Shown: in pieces, positions 35,415-44,747 of the stretch
Position numbering within the stretch: position 1 is the first letter of the stretch
Layout: the number at the start of each line of letters is the position of its first letter
From: Escherichia coli
Lineage (GTDB): Bacteria > Pseudomonadota > Gammaproteobacteria > Enterobacterales > Enterobacteriaceae
Length of the DNA stretch: 44,747 nucleotides
NCBI GenBank assembly: GCA_029912145.1
Contig: GCA_029912145.1_4350.1
Direction: 5' to 3' (one strand)
The notes under the pieces: model-generated
The model's database searches: none
Told to the model about the DNA's origin: nothing
What the model saw: the letters and a program-made list of their open reading frames with translations, nothing else
Position numbers and translations under genes: made by a program

Positions 35415-36541
35415 CCCAGCATCTCCGGTGAAATAGTTAAACGTGCGACCTCGCCATATTCGGCGCTATAAGTAATTACATTTGCACTGCGGCCCGACAT
35501 CCATCCGCCGCGAGAGGCGTAGGCGTCTTTAGCCGCTAAGGTGCGGTGTTGCTCAACAATCATGTTACGGCTTTCTACAATCTTCTGGTGGTGCAGATGG
35601 CCTACGTGGGCGTAGCTGTAAACACTCTCGCCGAACGCTTTACGGAACTTGGCAATCATAACCGGTTCGATAGCGTCGAATCGTGCTTTATGCCCGTGAT
35701 GGAAGAACAGCGTCGTTTTGCCGTGTTGCACCATCTTGTAAACATCCGGCGACGTATCGACGAATACACGAGGCTCGTTGTCGTACAGTGTGCTGAACAT
35801 CTCCGCCAGCCAAATCATCCCGGATTCGTCGTGGTTCCCCTGAACTATAAGCAAGCGAACAGTTTTATGCTTAACCAGAGCCATATCAACAACACGGCGG
35901 ACCATGCGAATCATGTAGCGGACAAGTTTCTGGTAACGCGTGTCGGCGTCAAGGACATGACCACTCGCCGGTGTAACGGCGTCAAGACTATCGAAGTGAG
36001 CTAAGTCGCCAAGAAGATTAATAACCCCCGTACCTGCATCCGGTGCTTTCTGAAACGCAGCATCAAGCCAACGAGAGAATAAGTCCTCCGCGATTTTCAT
36101 ATCCCAGTCGTCGCCGCTCTCGTCAGCCCAGGCTAACATACCGAGATGGAAATCAGATACCGTGTAAAGATTGAGTAGTTTATCGTCACGTTTGGCTCGT
36201 GCCGGTTTAACAGGCGCAACGGGCGTAATCTCTGACTTCATGCCCTCTATTACGGCTTTCATCAATTCAACCTGACGTTCGGCATCAGCGTCGGTCTTAA
36301 CCCATTGCAACTTAGTGTTGCCGAACTCGTCCACCAGGGACGACGTTCCTTTAATCTTGTAACCGTCTGGTACAAGGTGACTAACGTCGCGCCCGTGGCC
36401 TACGCCTTTCTTAGCCAGCTTCGCTTTACGGATTCGGATAACGCGGTCTGAGATTCCGTATTTACGGGCGATATCGATATTCTTCATCCCGGCGTTCAAT
36501 TCTTCCTGTAATTGCTCGTCGGTTATTTTCTTCTGGGCCAT
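35411..36541 (-). CDS. Metallophosphoesterase (calcineurin-like, Mre11/SbcD-type motifs) with N-terminal HTH-like segment
   Basis: Motifs DFHLG, GDLAHFD, GNHDE, GHLHH; start at the internal ATG (36541) with RBS GAGGAA; track ORF extends to 36646. Confidence 0.7.
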   Translation of the reverse strand: MAQKKITDEQLQEELNAGMKNIDIARKYGISDRVIRIRKAKLAKKGVGHGRDVSHLVPDGYKIKGTSSLVDEFGNTKLQWVKTDADAERQVELMKAVIEGMKSEITPVAPVKPARAKRDDKLLNLYTVSDFHLGMLAWADESGDDWDMKIAEDLFSRWLDAAFQKAPDAGTGVINLLGDLAHFDSLDAVTPASGHVLDADTRYQKLVRYMIRMVRRVVDMALVKHKTVRLLIVQGNHDESGMIWLAEMFSTLYDNEPRVFVDTSPDVYKMVQHGKTTLFFHHGHKARFDAIEPVMIAKFRKAFGESVYSYAHVGHLHHQKIVESRNMIVEQHRTLAAKDAYASRGGWMSGRSANVITYSAEYGEVARLTISPEMLG

Positions 36542-36579
36542 GCTTACTTCCTCGTGTTTAGGATTTGTCTTATAGTAGC

Positions 36580-36771
36580 CTACTTCTCTTTCACGTTCGA
36601 GTTGCAAGCCCAGATTAAAATGAATACCCACGGCAACAGAATCCACCCGAGAAATAAGTTAGCCATGAATATCGCCAGCTTTGCTTTATGGTTACGCATA
36701 TGTGCCACCAAAAACGGGATAAAATAAACGGCTACAAAAATAATTAAGAAGAACATAGTGATACCGGTCAT
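36580..36771 (-). CDS. Superinfection-immunity (Imm)-like small membrane protein
   Basis: Motif RNHKAKLAIFMANLFLGWILLPWVFILIWA matches the Imm-superinfection family signature as recalled; RBS AGGAG before ATG at 36771. Confidence 0.55.
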   Translation of the reverse strand: MTGITMFFLIIFVAVYFIPFLVAHMRNHKAKLAIFMANLFLGWILLPWVFILIWACNSNVKEK

Positions 36772-36813
36772 AACATAACTCCTGATTTGAGATAACATCG
36801 TTGGTGTAAGTGA

Positions 36814-36842
36814 ATAGTACGCTATTATATTGGGGAGTGCAA
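36814..36842 (-). promoter_or_regulatory. Early-type promoter on the minus strand driving the cassette: -35 TTGCAC, 17 bp spacer, -10 TACTAT(TCA), dyad AATAG-CGTA-CTATT
   Basis: Near-identical to the 15753, 16865 and 27296 sites. Confidence 0.6.
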
Positions 36843-36949
36843 GTAGTGTGCTAGAATAATTTTGCGCCTAGTGTCGCACACGAAAAGCGGGTGGTTCCCG
36901 TCTGGCGCATTTCCTTTAACCAGTAACCTCTTAACCAAAGGATTAAAGA

Positions 36950-37366
36950 ATGAAACTTTCTGATTTTTATTACGAAGCGGAAGCCGAAAAGGGCGCACGT
37001 ATGCCGATACCGCTAAAAGACGGTACTGATTCCGGGGAATGGCTTAATGTTGTTTCTCCTGAGGCGGACGTTGCCGTTAAGGCTATGCGCGCGTTCACCC
37101 TTGCATACCGGGCAGTATTAGGGAAATTAAAACCGCTTCGTGATAAGTGCGAAGAGATGAAAGATTTCTCTGAATACAACCTGAAGATGGAAGACGCGGC
37201 GACGGACCTTAACCGTCAGTTAGCGATTGAATTGGTTAACGGGTGGAGCCTTGACGACGAATTCAATAAAGAGAATCTGAACACACTCCTGACGCAATAT
37301 AAACGACTCGCGGAACTTGTTGTTGTGTTTCATAACGAACAACTGCACCAGCTACAGGAAAAGTAG
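36950..37366 (+). CDS. Tail assembly chaperone (gpG-like)
   Basis: Position between major tail and tape-measure genes. Confidence 0.6.
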   Translation: MKLSDFYYEAEAEKGARMPIPLKDGTDSGEWLNVVSPEADVAVKAMRAFTLAYRAVLGKLKPLRDKCEEMKDFSEYNLKMEDAATDLNRQLAIELVNGWSLDDEFNKENLNTLLTQYKRLAELVVVFHNEQLHQLQEK

Positions 37367-37371
37367 ACGCG

Positions 37372-37731
37372 TTGCTCCAGTTCGCCCGTTGGAACTTCAT
37401 AACCCGCCACAAACGGCGGGAATTTGACAGTATCGCCGATGGGCATAAAGCCGCGCTAATTGCTATGGGGGTTATGCAAGACGCGCCGGATGCAACGCAG
37501 GCCGCTGGGCCGGAATGCCCCCCTGAGCTACTAACCACATTTGAGAAGTACAGGGAAATTAAATTCACCCGCCGAGTGGACGACGACGGCATCAAGATGT
37601 ACCCGCGCGAGCAATTACGATGGTCAGATTTAGTGGCGTACAGCACCGTTTCAGGCCAGAATATAGGGATGTTCGAATCCGACATCATCATGAGCTTAGA
37701 CGCTATTTTCGAGGGTAGAAACGATGGCTGA
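37372..37731 (+). CDS. Tail assembly chaperone, second ORF (gpT-like), in the -1 frame relative to the first; possibly expressed as a G-T fusion by frameshifting
   Basis: No ATG start (track start is TTG); -1 frame overlaps the end of the upstream ORF; overlaps the tape-measure start. Confidence 0.5.
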   Translation: MLQFARWNFITRHKRREFDSIADGHKAALIAMGVMQDAPDATQAAGPECPPELLTTFEKYREIKFTRRVDDDGIKMYPREQLRWSDLVAYSTVSGQNIGMFESDIIMSLDAIFEGRNDG

Positions 37732-40063
37732 TGTAGCTAGTTTAGTAGTAAAAGTAACAGAGCAAGGCGCGAAAGCCACATCAGACCGTCTTGACAACCT
37801 TTCAAAGTCCGCAAAAGTAGCGGGGGCCGCCGTAGCAGGCCTTGCTTCTATCGTAGCGGCTACCGCGTATAAAGCTGCCCAAGAACTGGTTGACTCACAG
37901 CGGCAACTGGACAAGATGTCCGCCAGTTTGAAGACCTTAACAGGAAGTACCCAAGGTGCTAAACAGGCGCTAAGTATCCTGCAAGATTTTGCCCGCGATA
38001 CCCCATACGGACTGGAGCAGGCGGTGGAAGGCTTCCGTAAGCTGGTGGCCCTTGGCCTTACCCCATCCGAGGAGGCGTTGCGGTCCTACGGCAATACCGC
38101 ATCGGCTATGGGCAAGGACCTTAATCAGATGATTGAGGCGGTAGCCGACGCCAGTACGTTTGAGTTCGAACGCCTAAAAGAATTCGGCATCAAAGCCAAG
38201 CAGAACAAAAACGACGTAGAGTTTACATTCCAGGGGACAACAACCGTAGTTAAGAAAAGCGCTGCCGATATTGAGCAGTATTTACTTAATATTGGTAACG
38301 TAAATTTTGCCGGTGCCATGGCGGACCAGGCCAACACCCTTAATGGCGCTATCGCGAGCGCCAGTGACTCATGGTCGCAGCTAAAAATGACGCTTGCCAC
38401 CAGTCTTGATGTTGGCGCACTTGCGGAACCTATCAGGTATATCTGTGACTTGATCCAGGAATTAAACGCATCTGTTGCTTCCGGTGAATTAGCCGCTGAA
38501 ATGCAGATGTGGGGCGACATAGCGTCGGAAGTAGGAAGCGCTATCGAGATGTCATTCGACGCTGCGTTTGGCTTTGTTGGTGATGCCATCAACGGGCTTA
38601 ATGAACTGTGGGATTTCAGCAGCAAGAGTATTACCGATAGCGGAGAACAAACGGCCACCACCATCGCTGAATCCGCCGCCGATGCTCTTGACTTCATCGC
38701 GGAAGAGTTCACCGCGATGGAGAGATTCTTTGAAGATATGGTTAAAGGTGCTCAGGACGCTGGCCGTCTTGTACGCGCCGCTTTTACCCCCGGGGAATCA
38801 GTAGACGTAGCTAAAAATATCAACTTCCAGCTTGGCATGGCTTTGGATACCCAGCGCGATATCGCCGACGTTACGCGTAAAAGTTTCCGCGAACAGGTAG
38901 AAGCTCAACAGGATATTGTAGCGTTAAAACGCGCGGCGTATGACATCGATAAGGAGTCCGCAAAAGCTGAGGGGTTAAACAAATTTAAGGTAACCGGAAC
39001 CGGCGGCGGTTCTGACGATGACGGGTCAGCCGCAAAAGCCGCTAAGAAAGCAGCGGACGCGTTCAAGCGCCAGAAAAAGGCGGCGGAAGACTTCTACTAT
39101 CAGTCAATCCATCTTAATGATGACGTATTTCAGAAAATAGAAGCTAACCAGGAAGAGCAACTGTCTAAGTTGCAGGATTTTTATAGCAATAAGCTTCTTA
39201 GCGACCAACAGTACGAAAACGCCAAGACGCAGATTATGCTCTCTGCCGAACAGGCCCGCCAGGAAGAACTGGACAAGAAAAGGAAAGAAGCCCAGGAGAA
39301 GCAGCAGAAAGGTGATGATTTCATGGCTCAGATTATGGGCCAGAACGCCACCGAGCTTGAGCTTCTGGATATTCAGGAACAGCAGAAACTGGCGGTAGCC
39401 GATAAGTACCGGGAACAAGGTCTGATTAGCGAGAAGCAGTATCAGGCCGCGCTTAACGCCATCAACGAGCAGTACGCAACCAAGCGTGCCGACGCAACGG
39501 CAACAGCTTTCGGTAACATGGCTTCAAACATCGGGTCTGCGTTGGGCGAGGCTTCTGGTGCGTACAAGGCATTCGCTATCGTACAGGCCACTATAGCCAC
39601 GTACACCGCAGCTATCGAGGCGTACAAGTCAACGGCTGCTATCCCTGTTGTTGGCCCGTTCCTGGCCCCTGTAGCCGCTGCCGCTGCCGTCGGGGCAGGT
39701 ATGGCGCAGATTTCCGCTATCAGGTCAGCACGTGAACAGGGTGGACAGTTATCCGCCGGGCAGGCTTCCACCATCGCTGAACGCGGTAAACCCGAAGTTA
39801 TCATGCCCGCTGGCGCATCGCGTGTGCGCACCGCGCAGCAGATGAAAGAAATTATGGGGCAAAACGGGTCTTCTTCCGGCCCATCTAATGTTACCATTGT
39901 AAATAATACATCGAGTCAGATTGGCAACGTATCCACCGAGCAGGATGATGAAGGCCGTCTGCGTATCATCATAGAAGAGCAAGTTGCTGCATCTTTGCAG
40001 AACAGCAACAGTAAGATTAGCAAGGCCCGCAAGGCCACAAGAAACGCGCCGGGGTTTAAATAA
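37724..40063 (+). CDS. Tail tape measure protein
   Basis: 779 aa, Ala/Gln/Glu-rich with coiled-coil regions and C-terminal hydrophobic/Gly-rich segment; position. Confidence 0.85.
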   Translation: MADVASLVVKVTEQGAKATSDRLDNLSKSAKVAGAAVAGLASIVAATAYKAAQELVDSQRQLDKMSASLKTLTGSTQGAKQALSILQDFARDTPYGLEQAVEGFRKLVALGLTPSEEALRSYGNTASAMGKDLNQMIEAVADASTFEFERLKEFGIKAKQNKNDVEFTFQGTTTVVKKSAADIEQYLLNIGNVNFAGAMADQANTLNGAIASASDSWSQLKMTLATSLDVGALAEPIRYICDLIQELNASVASGELAAEMQMWGDIASEVGSAIEMSFDAAFGFVGDAINGLNELWDFSSKSITDSGEQTATTIAESAADALDFIAEEFTAMERFFEDMVKGAQDAGRLVRAAFTPGESVDVAKNINFQLGMALDTQRDIADVTRKSFREQVEAQQDIVALKRAAYDIDKESAKAEGLNKFKVTGTGGGSDDDGSAAKAAKKAADAFKRQKKAAEDFYYQSIHLNDDVFQKIEANQEEQLSKLQDFYSNKLLSDQQYENAKTQIMLSAEQARQEELDKKRKEAQEKQQKGDDFMAQIMGQNATELELLDIQEQQKLAVADKYREQGLISEKQYQAALNAINEQYATKRADATATAFGNMASNIGSALGEASGAYKAFAIVQATIATYTAAIEAYKSTAAIPVVGPFLAPVAAAAAVGAGMAQISAIRSAREQGGQLSAGQASTIAERGKPEVIMPAGASRVRTAQQMKEIMGQNGSSSGPSNVTIVNNTSSQIGNVSTEQDDEGRLRIIIEEQVAASLQNSNSKISKARKATRNAPGFK

Positions 40064-41481
40064 TGAGCGACTTATACTTTCCACGTAGCCTTAAGCCGGT
40101 GGTATCAAAAGGCTACTCAATGACCAGACGTAACAACGTCTGGAGTGTAGATTTAGCCGGTGGCGGGGTGCGTCAGGGCCGTGACACGTATTACGACGTG
40201 TTCCCTGTTAGCGTAACCCTGATTACATCCGCAATGGGGCGACAGGCGTTTCTGTCGTTCCTCGAGAAAGTCGATGGTGGCGCGTCAAGTTTCTGGATGG
40301 CGCACGACTTCGGCATGGGTATTGAGGATTATCAGGTAACCATCACGTCCACTATAGCGGAGTCCACCGAAGACGGGATTAACTGGACAATTACCTTCAC
40401 GGCAACCGCCGAGAAATCGCCGTTCCAGGACCTTGAGAACCAATGCCTGATTAACAATCTTCCGGATTTGTATGGCTGTTATGGTGATTGCCTGGGCAGT
40501 TTCCTGAAAATATATGCGAACTACGAGACTACGTTCCCACGCATCTGGAGTAATGAAGGGCCTGCGGGATACCCGCCAATTAACCTTCTGGCGTCCGCGC
40601 TGGATAGCCGCATTGTTTATGAGGGGCCACAGGTATACCACATCAACCGAAACGGCAATCTTGTGCCATCAGCCGCAAATGAATGGCCCCTTACGTTTAT
40701 TGACGGGGTTGCTGTTGGGCGTGTGCCACCAGAAGGCGGTTCTATTAACTACCAGATAGGCGGGTTAGGTATTGGGTGGGTACATACTTTCAACCGTATA
40801 CCACTAACATCAACAAAGGACAGTGTATATCAAGGCAACCTGGCGGGCACAGTCACCCCAACAGCAGAAAATAACAGCCATTTCTTGTATGCCAAATCGC
40901 TGGGGGATTCAGTAATAGATGTTGGGGAAACATATACTGCTACGGTAATTCTTAAGGCGAATGGTGTCCAGTTTATTCAGGTTTATTGGAACGCAGGTAG
41001 CACAGGGATTTCATCGCACTACTCTAACTTCGACCTTATTAATAAAGCTGTATCAGGCACGGCGACATCGGCTTTCGTAACTGAAATATCTGATGGGTGG
41101 GTTCTATGCTCAACTACCACAACCGCGACAGGAGACGGTTCTGCGCTATCCTCCATCGCGGTGGCAAGCGTACCGTCTATGACGTCTACCAGATTCCCGT
41201 CTTACGCATCGGATGGAGCATCTTCTTTTTCAGTTGCGTCCGCTCAGGTTGAAAAAAAACCATTTGCCACGTCGCCGATAGTAACTGACGCATCACCATC
41301 CGCCCGCCCGGCGGCATCGGCAAAAGTAGCAATGAACGGCGCAACAAGCATCGACATTACCTATTCTGACGGCACTGTGGTAAACATTCCAGCGATTGGA
41401 GATTACGCCGCCATCCCACAGGCTGATTCTGCGTGGGGCAGTAAATACATCACTCGTATTGATTTTAATGTGGGCGGTTAA
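40063..41481 (+). CDS. Minor tail protein (distal tail / tip component)
   Basis: ATG overlapping the tape-measure stop; position. Confidence 0.55.
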   Translation: MSDLYFPRSLKPVVSKGYSMTRRNNVWSVDLAGGGVRQGRDTYYDVFPVSVTLITSAMGRQAFLSFLEKVDGGASSFWMAHDFGMGIEDYQVTITSTIAESTEDGINWTITFTATAEKSPFQDLENQCLINNLPDLYGCYGDCLGSFLKIYANYETTFPRIWSNEGPAGYPPINLLASALDSRIVYEGPQVYHINRNGNLVPSAANEWPLTFIDGVAVGRVPPEGGSINYQIGGLGIGWVHTFNRIPLTSTKDSVYQGNLAGTVTPTAENNSHFLYAKSLGDSVIDVGETYTATVILKANGVQFIQVYWNAGSTGISSHYSNFDLINKAVSGTATSAFVTEISDGWVLCSTTTTATGDGSALSSIAVASVPSMTSTRFPSYASDGASSFSVASAQVEKKPFATSPIVTDASPSARPAASAKVAMNGATSIDITYSDGTVVNIPAIGDYAAIPQADSAWGSKYITRIDFNVGG

Positions 41482-41484
41482 CTT

Positions 41485-42000
41485 ATGAGTCAGGAATCAG
41501 TAGAAGCAGCCTACCGCCGTAAGCTGGCCTCAAACCCCGACGGCGAGATTGACTACACGACGCTGGAGATAGTGCATCCGCTTCTTTCGAAGCGGTATTT
41601 ACTTGTGCGCGGGCTACAGGAACTTACGGCAACACTGGAGACAGGCGAAACTATCACATTCGAACCTACCCCGATGGAGGCGTCGGGGGCGGCTAACAAC
41701 AGTGATATGGACCAGACGACAACATTCACTCTGCCGGATATTCTCAATCAACTGGATGATGAGATGGATAAAATCCCGATGAGTAATACCGAGTTACCGA
41801 AGTTCATATTCCGCCGTTACGTCAGCACTGACCTGTCTTACCCGGCTGACGGCCCTGTCGTGTACGAGTTACAGGCCATTAATCAGGAGAAGGGCGAGTT
41901 CTCCGCAGATGTCGGTACACCTATGCTGAACCAACGAAGCACTGGTATACTGATGACACCTAAAGAGATACCGTTATTACGCGGCCTGTTGACCACATGA
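41485..42000 (+). CDS. Minor tail protein (gpL-like, putative)
   Basis: Gene order. Confidence 0.5.
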   Translation: MSQESVEAAYRRKLASNPDGEIDYTTLEIVHPLLSKRYLLVRGLQELTATLETGETITFEPTPMEASGAANNSDMDQTTTFTLPDILNQLDDEMDKIPMSNTELPKFIFRRYVSTDLSYPADGPVVYELQAINQEKGEFSADVGTPMLNQRSTGILMTPKEIPLLRGLLTT

Positions 42001-42362
42001 ATATTAACGACTACACGGGAATACCTTACGACTTTCGCAAACGCAATTGCTGGCATCACGTTCGCATTGTACGGGCCGATGCCGGGTTAGAAACCCCGGC
42101 GTTCGACGTTACAAGCCCAACGGCGATTAACGAAGCGTTCGACGAAGGCCATCGTGACACGAAGGGGCTTACGAAGATTGATAAGCCTGAAAACTTCTGT
42201 GCGGTGCTTATGGGGTATCGCCGTGGCGGTCGTATCGTGTGGCACGCGGGAGTTTACTTCGACGGGATGGTGAGTCATTGCGAGCTTGCGTCCCGTCAGG
42301 TACGACTTGACCGGCTGGCGGACCTCAGAGACACGTACACGGAGATTGAATTTTGGCGATAA
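41997..42362 (+). CDS. Tail assembly protein with NlpC/P60-like Cys-His motif (gpK-like)
   Basis: NCWHH...H pattern consistent with a C40 peptidase-type domain; gene order. Confidence 0.5.
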   Translation: MNINDYTGIPYDFRKRNCWHHVRIVRADAGLETPAFDVTSPTAINEAFDEGHRDTKGLTKIDKPENFCAVLMGYRRGGRIVWHAGVYFDGMVSHCELASRQVRLDRLADLRDTYTEIEFWR

Positions 42363-42418
42363 TCCTGCACTACACGCGAAATGCCGACGGGGCTTTCGAC
42401 CGTACAAAACACGTCGGG

Positions 42419-44747
42419 ATGCCGATGGAGTTTGTCGTTAACCGTATCCCGGACGGCGTTCCGGTACGCGTCTATCTTGGCGAGATTGGTGATGATACTG
42501 ATGTTACAGACGACTTCGACGCGCTCAAAGACGAGGACGCCGTGTACCACATTATTGAGGGCGCTGGCGGCGGCATTGGCGACGCCATCGGGAGAGTATT
42601 CAGTTTCATCCTTAAGCCAATCGCCAAATTGTTCAGGCTAAACACAGCGGCTAACGCTAATTATTCCGCTACCAACAATCAGGCTACGTCGCCTGGCAAC
42701 AGTCTCACCGACCGCTCAAACAAGCCACGACCTTATGAGCGTTCTTATGATATCTGCGGGACAGTGCAGATCATCCCCAATGACCTGATGCAAACATATA
42801 AGGTGTTTAATGCCTCTGGGGTACTTATTGAATATGCGTACTATGACGCCGGTCGAGGGTATCTGCATATTGAGGAAGACGGTGTAACTGAGGCAGATAC
42901 CCGAATCAGCGAGATAACTGGCTCGTCGGTGGCGGTGTATTACCCTTACACTTCGCCGAATAACACCAACGCCCCACAATTGCATATTGGCGACCCGATA
43001 GACCAGAAATTGTACGTTACATTTAAAAACGCCGATGTCGATGGCGCTGTTCTTCCCGCCCCTAATGATATCGCTATAGACGTGCAGGACTACACTGTCC
43101 AGCGGCAGGGAACAACCGGCGTTGTAATAGGCGATGACGCTGGTTTCGATGAGTTTTTGGCTGTCGGAGACCTGGCATATTTCGATAACGTATATGCGGA
43201 CACAACTCCTGGGTTTTTAGGTAATGAGGTTAACTTAAACGGGAGGTACACTGTTCTTTCGGTTAGTGAAACCACCCTTATTGTGGACGTCAGTACAAAT
43301 CAATCAGTATGGAACCGGCTAGGGGCGTCTGTGTGGTTTATAGGTGAAGAGGGTAACCATCTTATAGGCCCGGCGGACACTTACGCGGCTTCTCTCTCTG
43401 AATGGACGTACATCACCCGCGGTATTGTCGACCGTGTTGTAGCCAATGTCGCCGCCAGCAACGGCATGTATAAATACAACGGCGGCTATAACCGCGCTTC
43501 AGTGACAGTGGAACTGCAATACCAGATGGTTGATGAGCTGAAGCAGCCTGTAGGTGATATATTCACCGTGCAAGGCACTGTTACAGGGAGAAACACCGAT
43601 TACACTGGTATTACCCTATACGGAAGCTTGCCTACCGCTTCCAGATTCCGCGCCCGTATGCGCCGTGTTTCCGATACTGATAAAAATTTTAAGGGTACTG
43701 TTAGCGACGAGGTTACTTTCACTAATCTGTACGGGCAGTCACTGGATACAACCCCGCACTACGGCAACCGCACTACTGTACACTGCGCTCGTAAACAAAC
43801 CCCACGTGCCGCCGAGGTGTCAGAACCGGAACTGCGCATGATTGCTACCGAGATGTGCTACAAATACTTAGGTAACGGCGTATTCGATACGGTAATGACA
43901 CCGAACACTCAGGCCGTGCAGTCGCTAATCAGGCTGGCGCGTGACCCTGTGGTGGGTAATCTGGAACTGACAACGGCAAATATGGACAAGTTACTTGCCG
44001 TGCAGGAAGAAATTGAGTCGTATTTTGGCAGTGAATTAGCCGGGCAGTTCTGCTACACGTTCGACGACTACGACACCACGATGCAGGACATCGTTCAGAC
44101 CATCGCGGAAGCCGTTTTCTGTACTGCGTACCGTAAAGGTGCGGATATTATGCTGCGATTTGATCGTCCGGTTGCGGGGCCCGAAATGGTGTTCACCCAC
44201 CGCAGCAAAACTACTGGTACAGAGAAATGGACGCGCACGTTCAACGATTCGACAACCTATGATAGCCTGTCGTTCTCATACATCGACCCGGATACTAACG
44301 TACAGGAAACGATTTATATCCCGGAAGAACTCGGCGCGAACACCGAGGAATATGAATCGAAGGGCGTACGTAACTATCAGCAGGCATATTGGCTGGCGTG
44401 GCGTCGCTACCAGCGCAACGCGTTAAGTAAAGTTGTCGTAGAGTTCGAAGCTACCGAAGAGGGTGCACTCGCTACACCGGGTGGTGTAATCAGCGTGGTT
44501 AAAGGTTCACGTATCGCGCCTCAGGATGGTTATGTTGTTGCCGTTAATGGGCTTACGCTGACACTGTCGCAACCTGTTACGTTTACCCCCGGCGATGACC
44601 ACTCCATCATCCTCAAGAAGCGCGATGGCTCCGTGCAGAGTATTTCTGTTATCAAAGGAAGCCACGACCGCGAGGTGATTATGCTCTCCGCGCCGGAGGA
44701 GGCAATCTACACGGGGAATAGCGCACTAAAAACTGAGTTTTCATTCG
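42419..44747 (+). CDS. Central tail fibre / host-specificity protein (gpI/gpJ-like), 3-prime end truncated by the window
   Basis: Frame 2 is open from about 42350 to the window end (more than 770 codons) and is absent from the ORF track because it has no stop; start may be TTG near 42353 or ATG at 42419. Confidence 0.6.
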   Translation, partial: MPMEFVVNRIPDGVPVRVYLGEIGDDTDVTDDFDALKDEDAVYHIIEGAGGGIGDAIGRVFSFILKPIAKLFRLNTAANANYSATNNQATSPGNSLTDRSNKPRPYERSYDICGTVQIIPNDLMQTYKVFNASGVLIEYAYYDAGRGYLHIEEDGVTEADTRISEITGSSVAVYYPYTSPNNTNAPQLHIGDPIDQKLYVTFKNADVDGAVLPAPNDIAIDVQDYTVQRQGTTGVVIGDDAGFDEFLAVGDLAYFDNVYADTTPGFLGNEVNLNGRYTVLSVSETTLIVDVSTNQSVWNRLGASVWFIGEEGNHLIGPADTYAASLSEWTYITRGIVDRVVANVAASNGMYKYNGGYNRASVTVELQYQMVDELKQPVGDIFTVQGTVTGRNTDYTGITLYGSLPTASRFRARMRRVSDTDKNFKGTVSDEVTFTNLYGQSLDTTPHYGNRTTVHCARKQTPRAAEVSEPELRMIATEMCYKYLGNGVFDTVMTPNTQAVQSLIRLARDPVVGNLELTTANMDKLLAVQEEIESYFGSELAGQFCYTFDDYDTTMQDIVQTIAEAVFCTAYRKGADIMLRFDRPVAGPEMVFTHRSKTTGTEKWTRTFNDSTTYDSLSFSYIDPDTNVQETIYIPEELGANTEEYESKGVRNYQQAYWLAWRRYQRNALSKVVVEFEATEEGALATPGGVISVVKGSRIAPQDGYVVAVNGLTLTLSQPVTFTPGDDHSIILKKRDGSVQSISVIKGSHDREVIMLSAPEEAIYTGNSALKTEFSF

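Noticed and set aside
38125-39897. Minus-strand ORFs 38125-38712, 39104-39418 and 39442-39897 inside the tape-measure gene
   Set aside because: Antisense to the long tape-measure frame; no start context.
1-44747. CRISPR arrays, tRNA genes and integrase or other lysogeny genes
   Set aside because: No regular repeat-spacer periodicity, no tRNA-like T-loop or cloverleaf candidates, and no tyrosine or serine recombinase motifs were seen; lifestyle cannot be decided from this window.

Overview
This 44.7 kb window reads as a contiguous piece of a tailed dsDNA phage (siphovirus-like, probably enterobacterial, judging by sigma70-type promoters and lambda-like tail gene order). All calls are from reading the sequence and ORF track by eye; no database search or folding was run, and coordinates of motifs outside ORF-track boundaries are approximate (about +/-2 bp). 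Layout: (1) 1-2171, the 3-prime end of a tail gene and a beta-helix tailspike-like gene; (2) 2200-15349, a leftward replication/early operon (Toprim protein, SF2 helicase, C5-cytosine methyltransferase, VRR-NUC nuclease, family A DNA polymerase, SSB-like protein, DUF2800-like nuclease, HTH regulators, primase-helicase); (3) 15816-21867, a rightward block of small early genes plus holin/endolysin; (4) 22087-34343, packaging, head, head-tail and major tail genes, with a spanin pair and an antisense moron inserted between head genes; (5) 34372-36771, an antisense four-gene cassette inside the tail module; (6) 36950-44747, tail assembly chaperones, tape measure, minor tail proteins and a J-like central fibre truncated by the window end. 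The most interesting candidate is the antisense cassette (Imm-like membrane protein, HTH-metallophosphoesterase, Pnk-type HAD phosphatase, P-loop kinase), which may be a nucleic-acid end-healing or anti-defence module driven by an early-type promoter. A second striking signal is a family of at least eight promoters built around the dyad AATAG-N4-CTATT. No tRNA, CRISPR array or integrase was seen.
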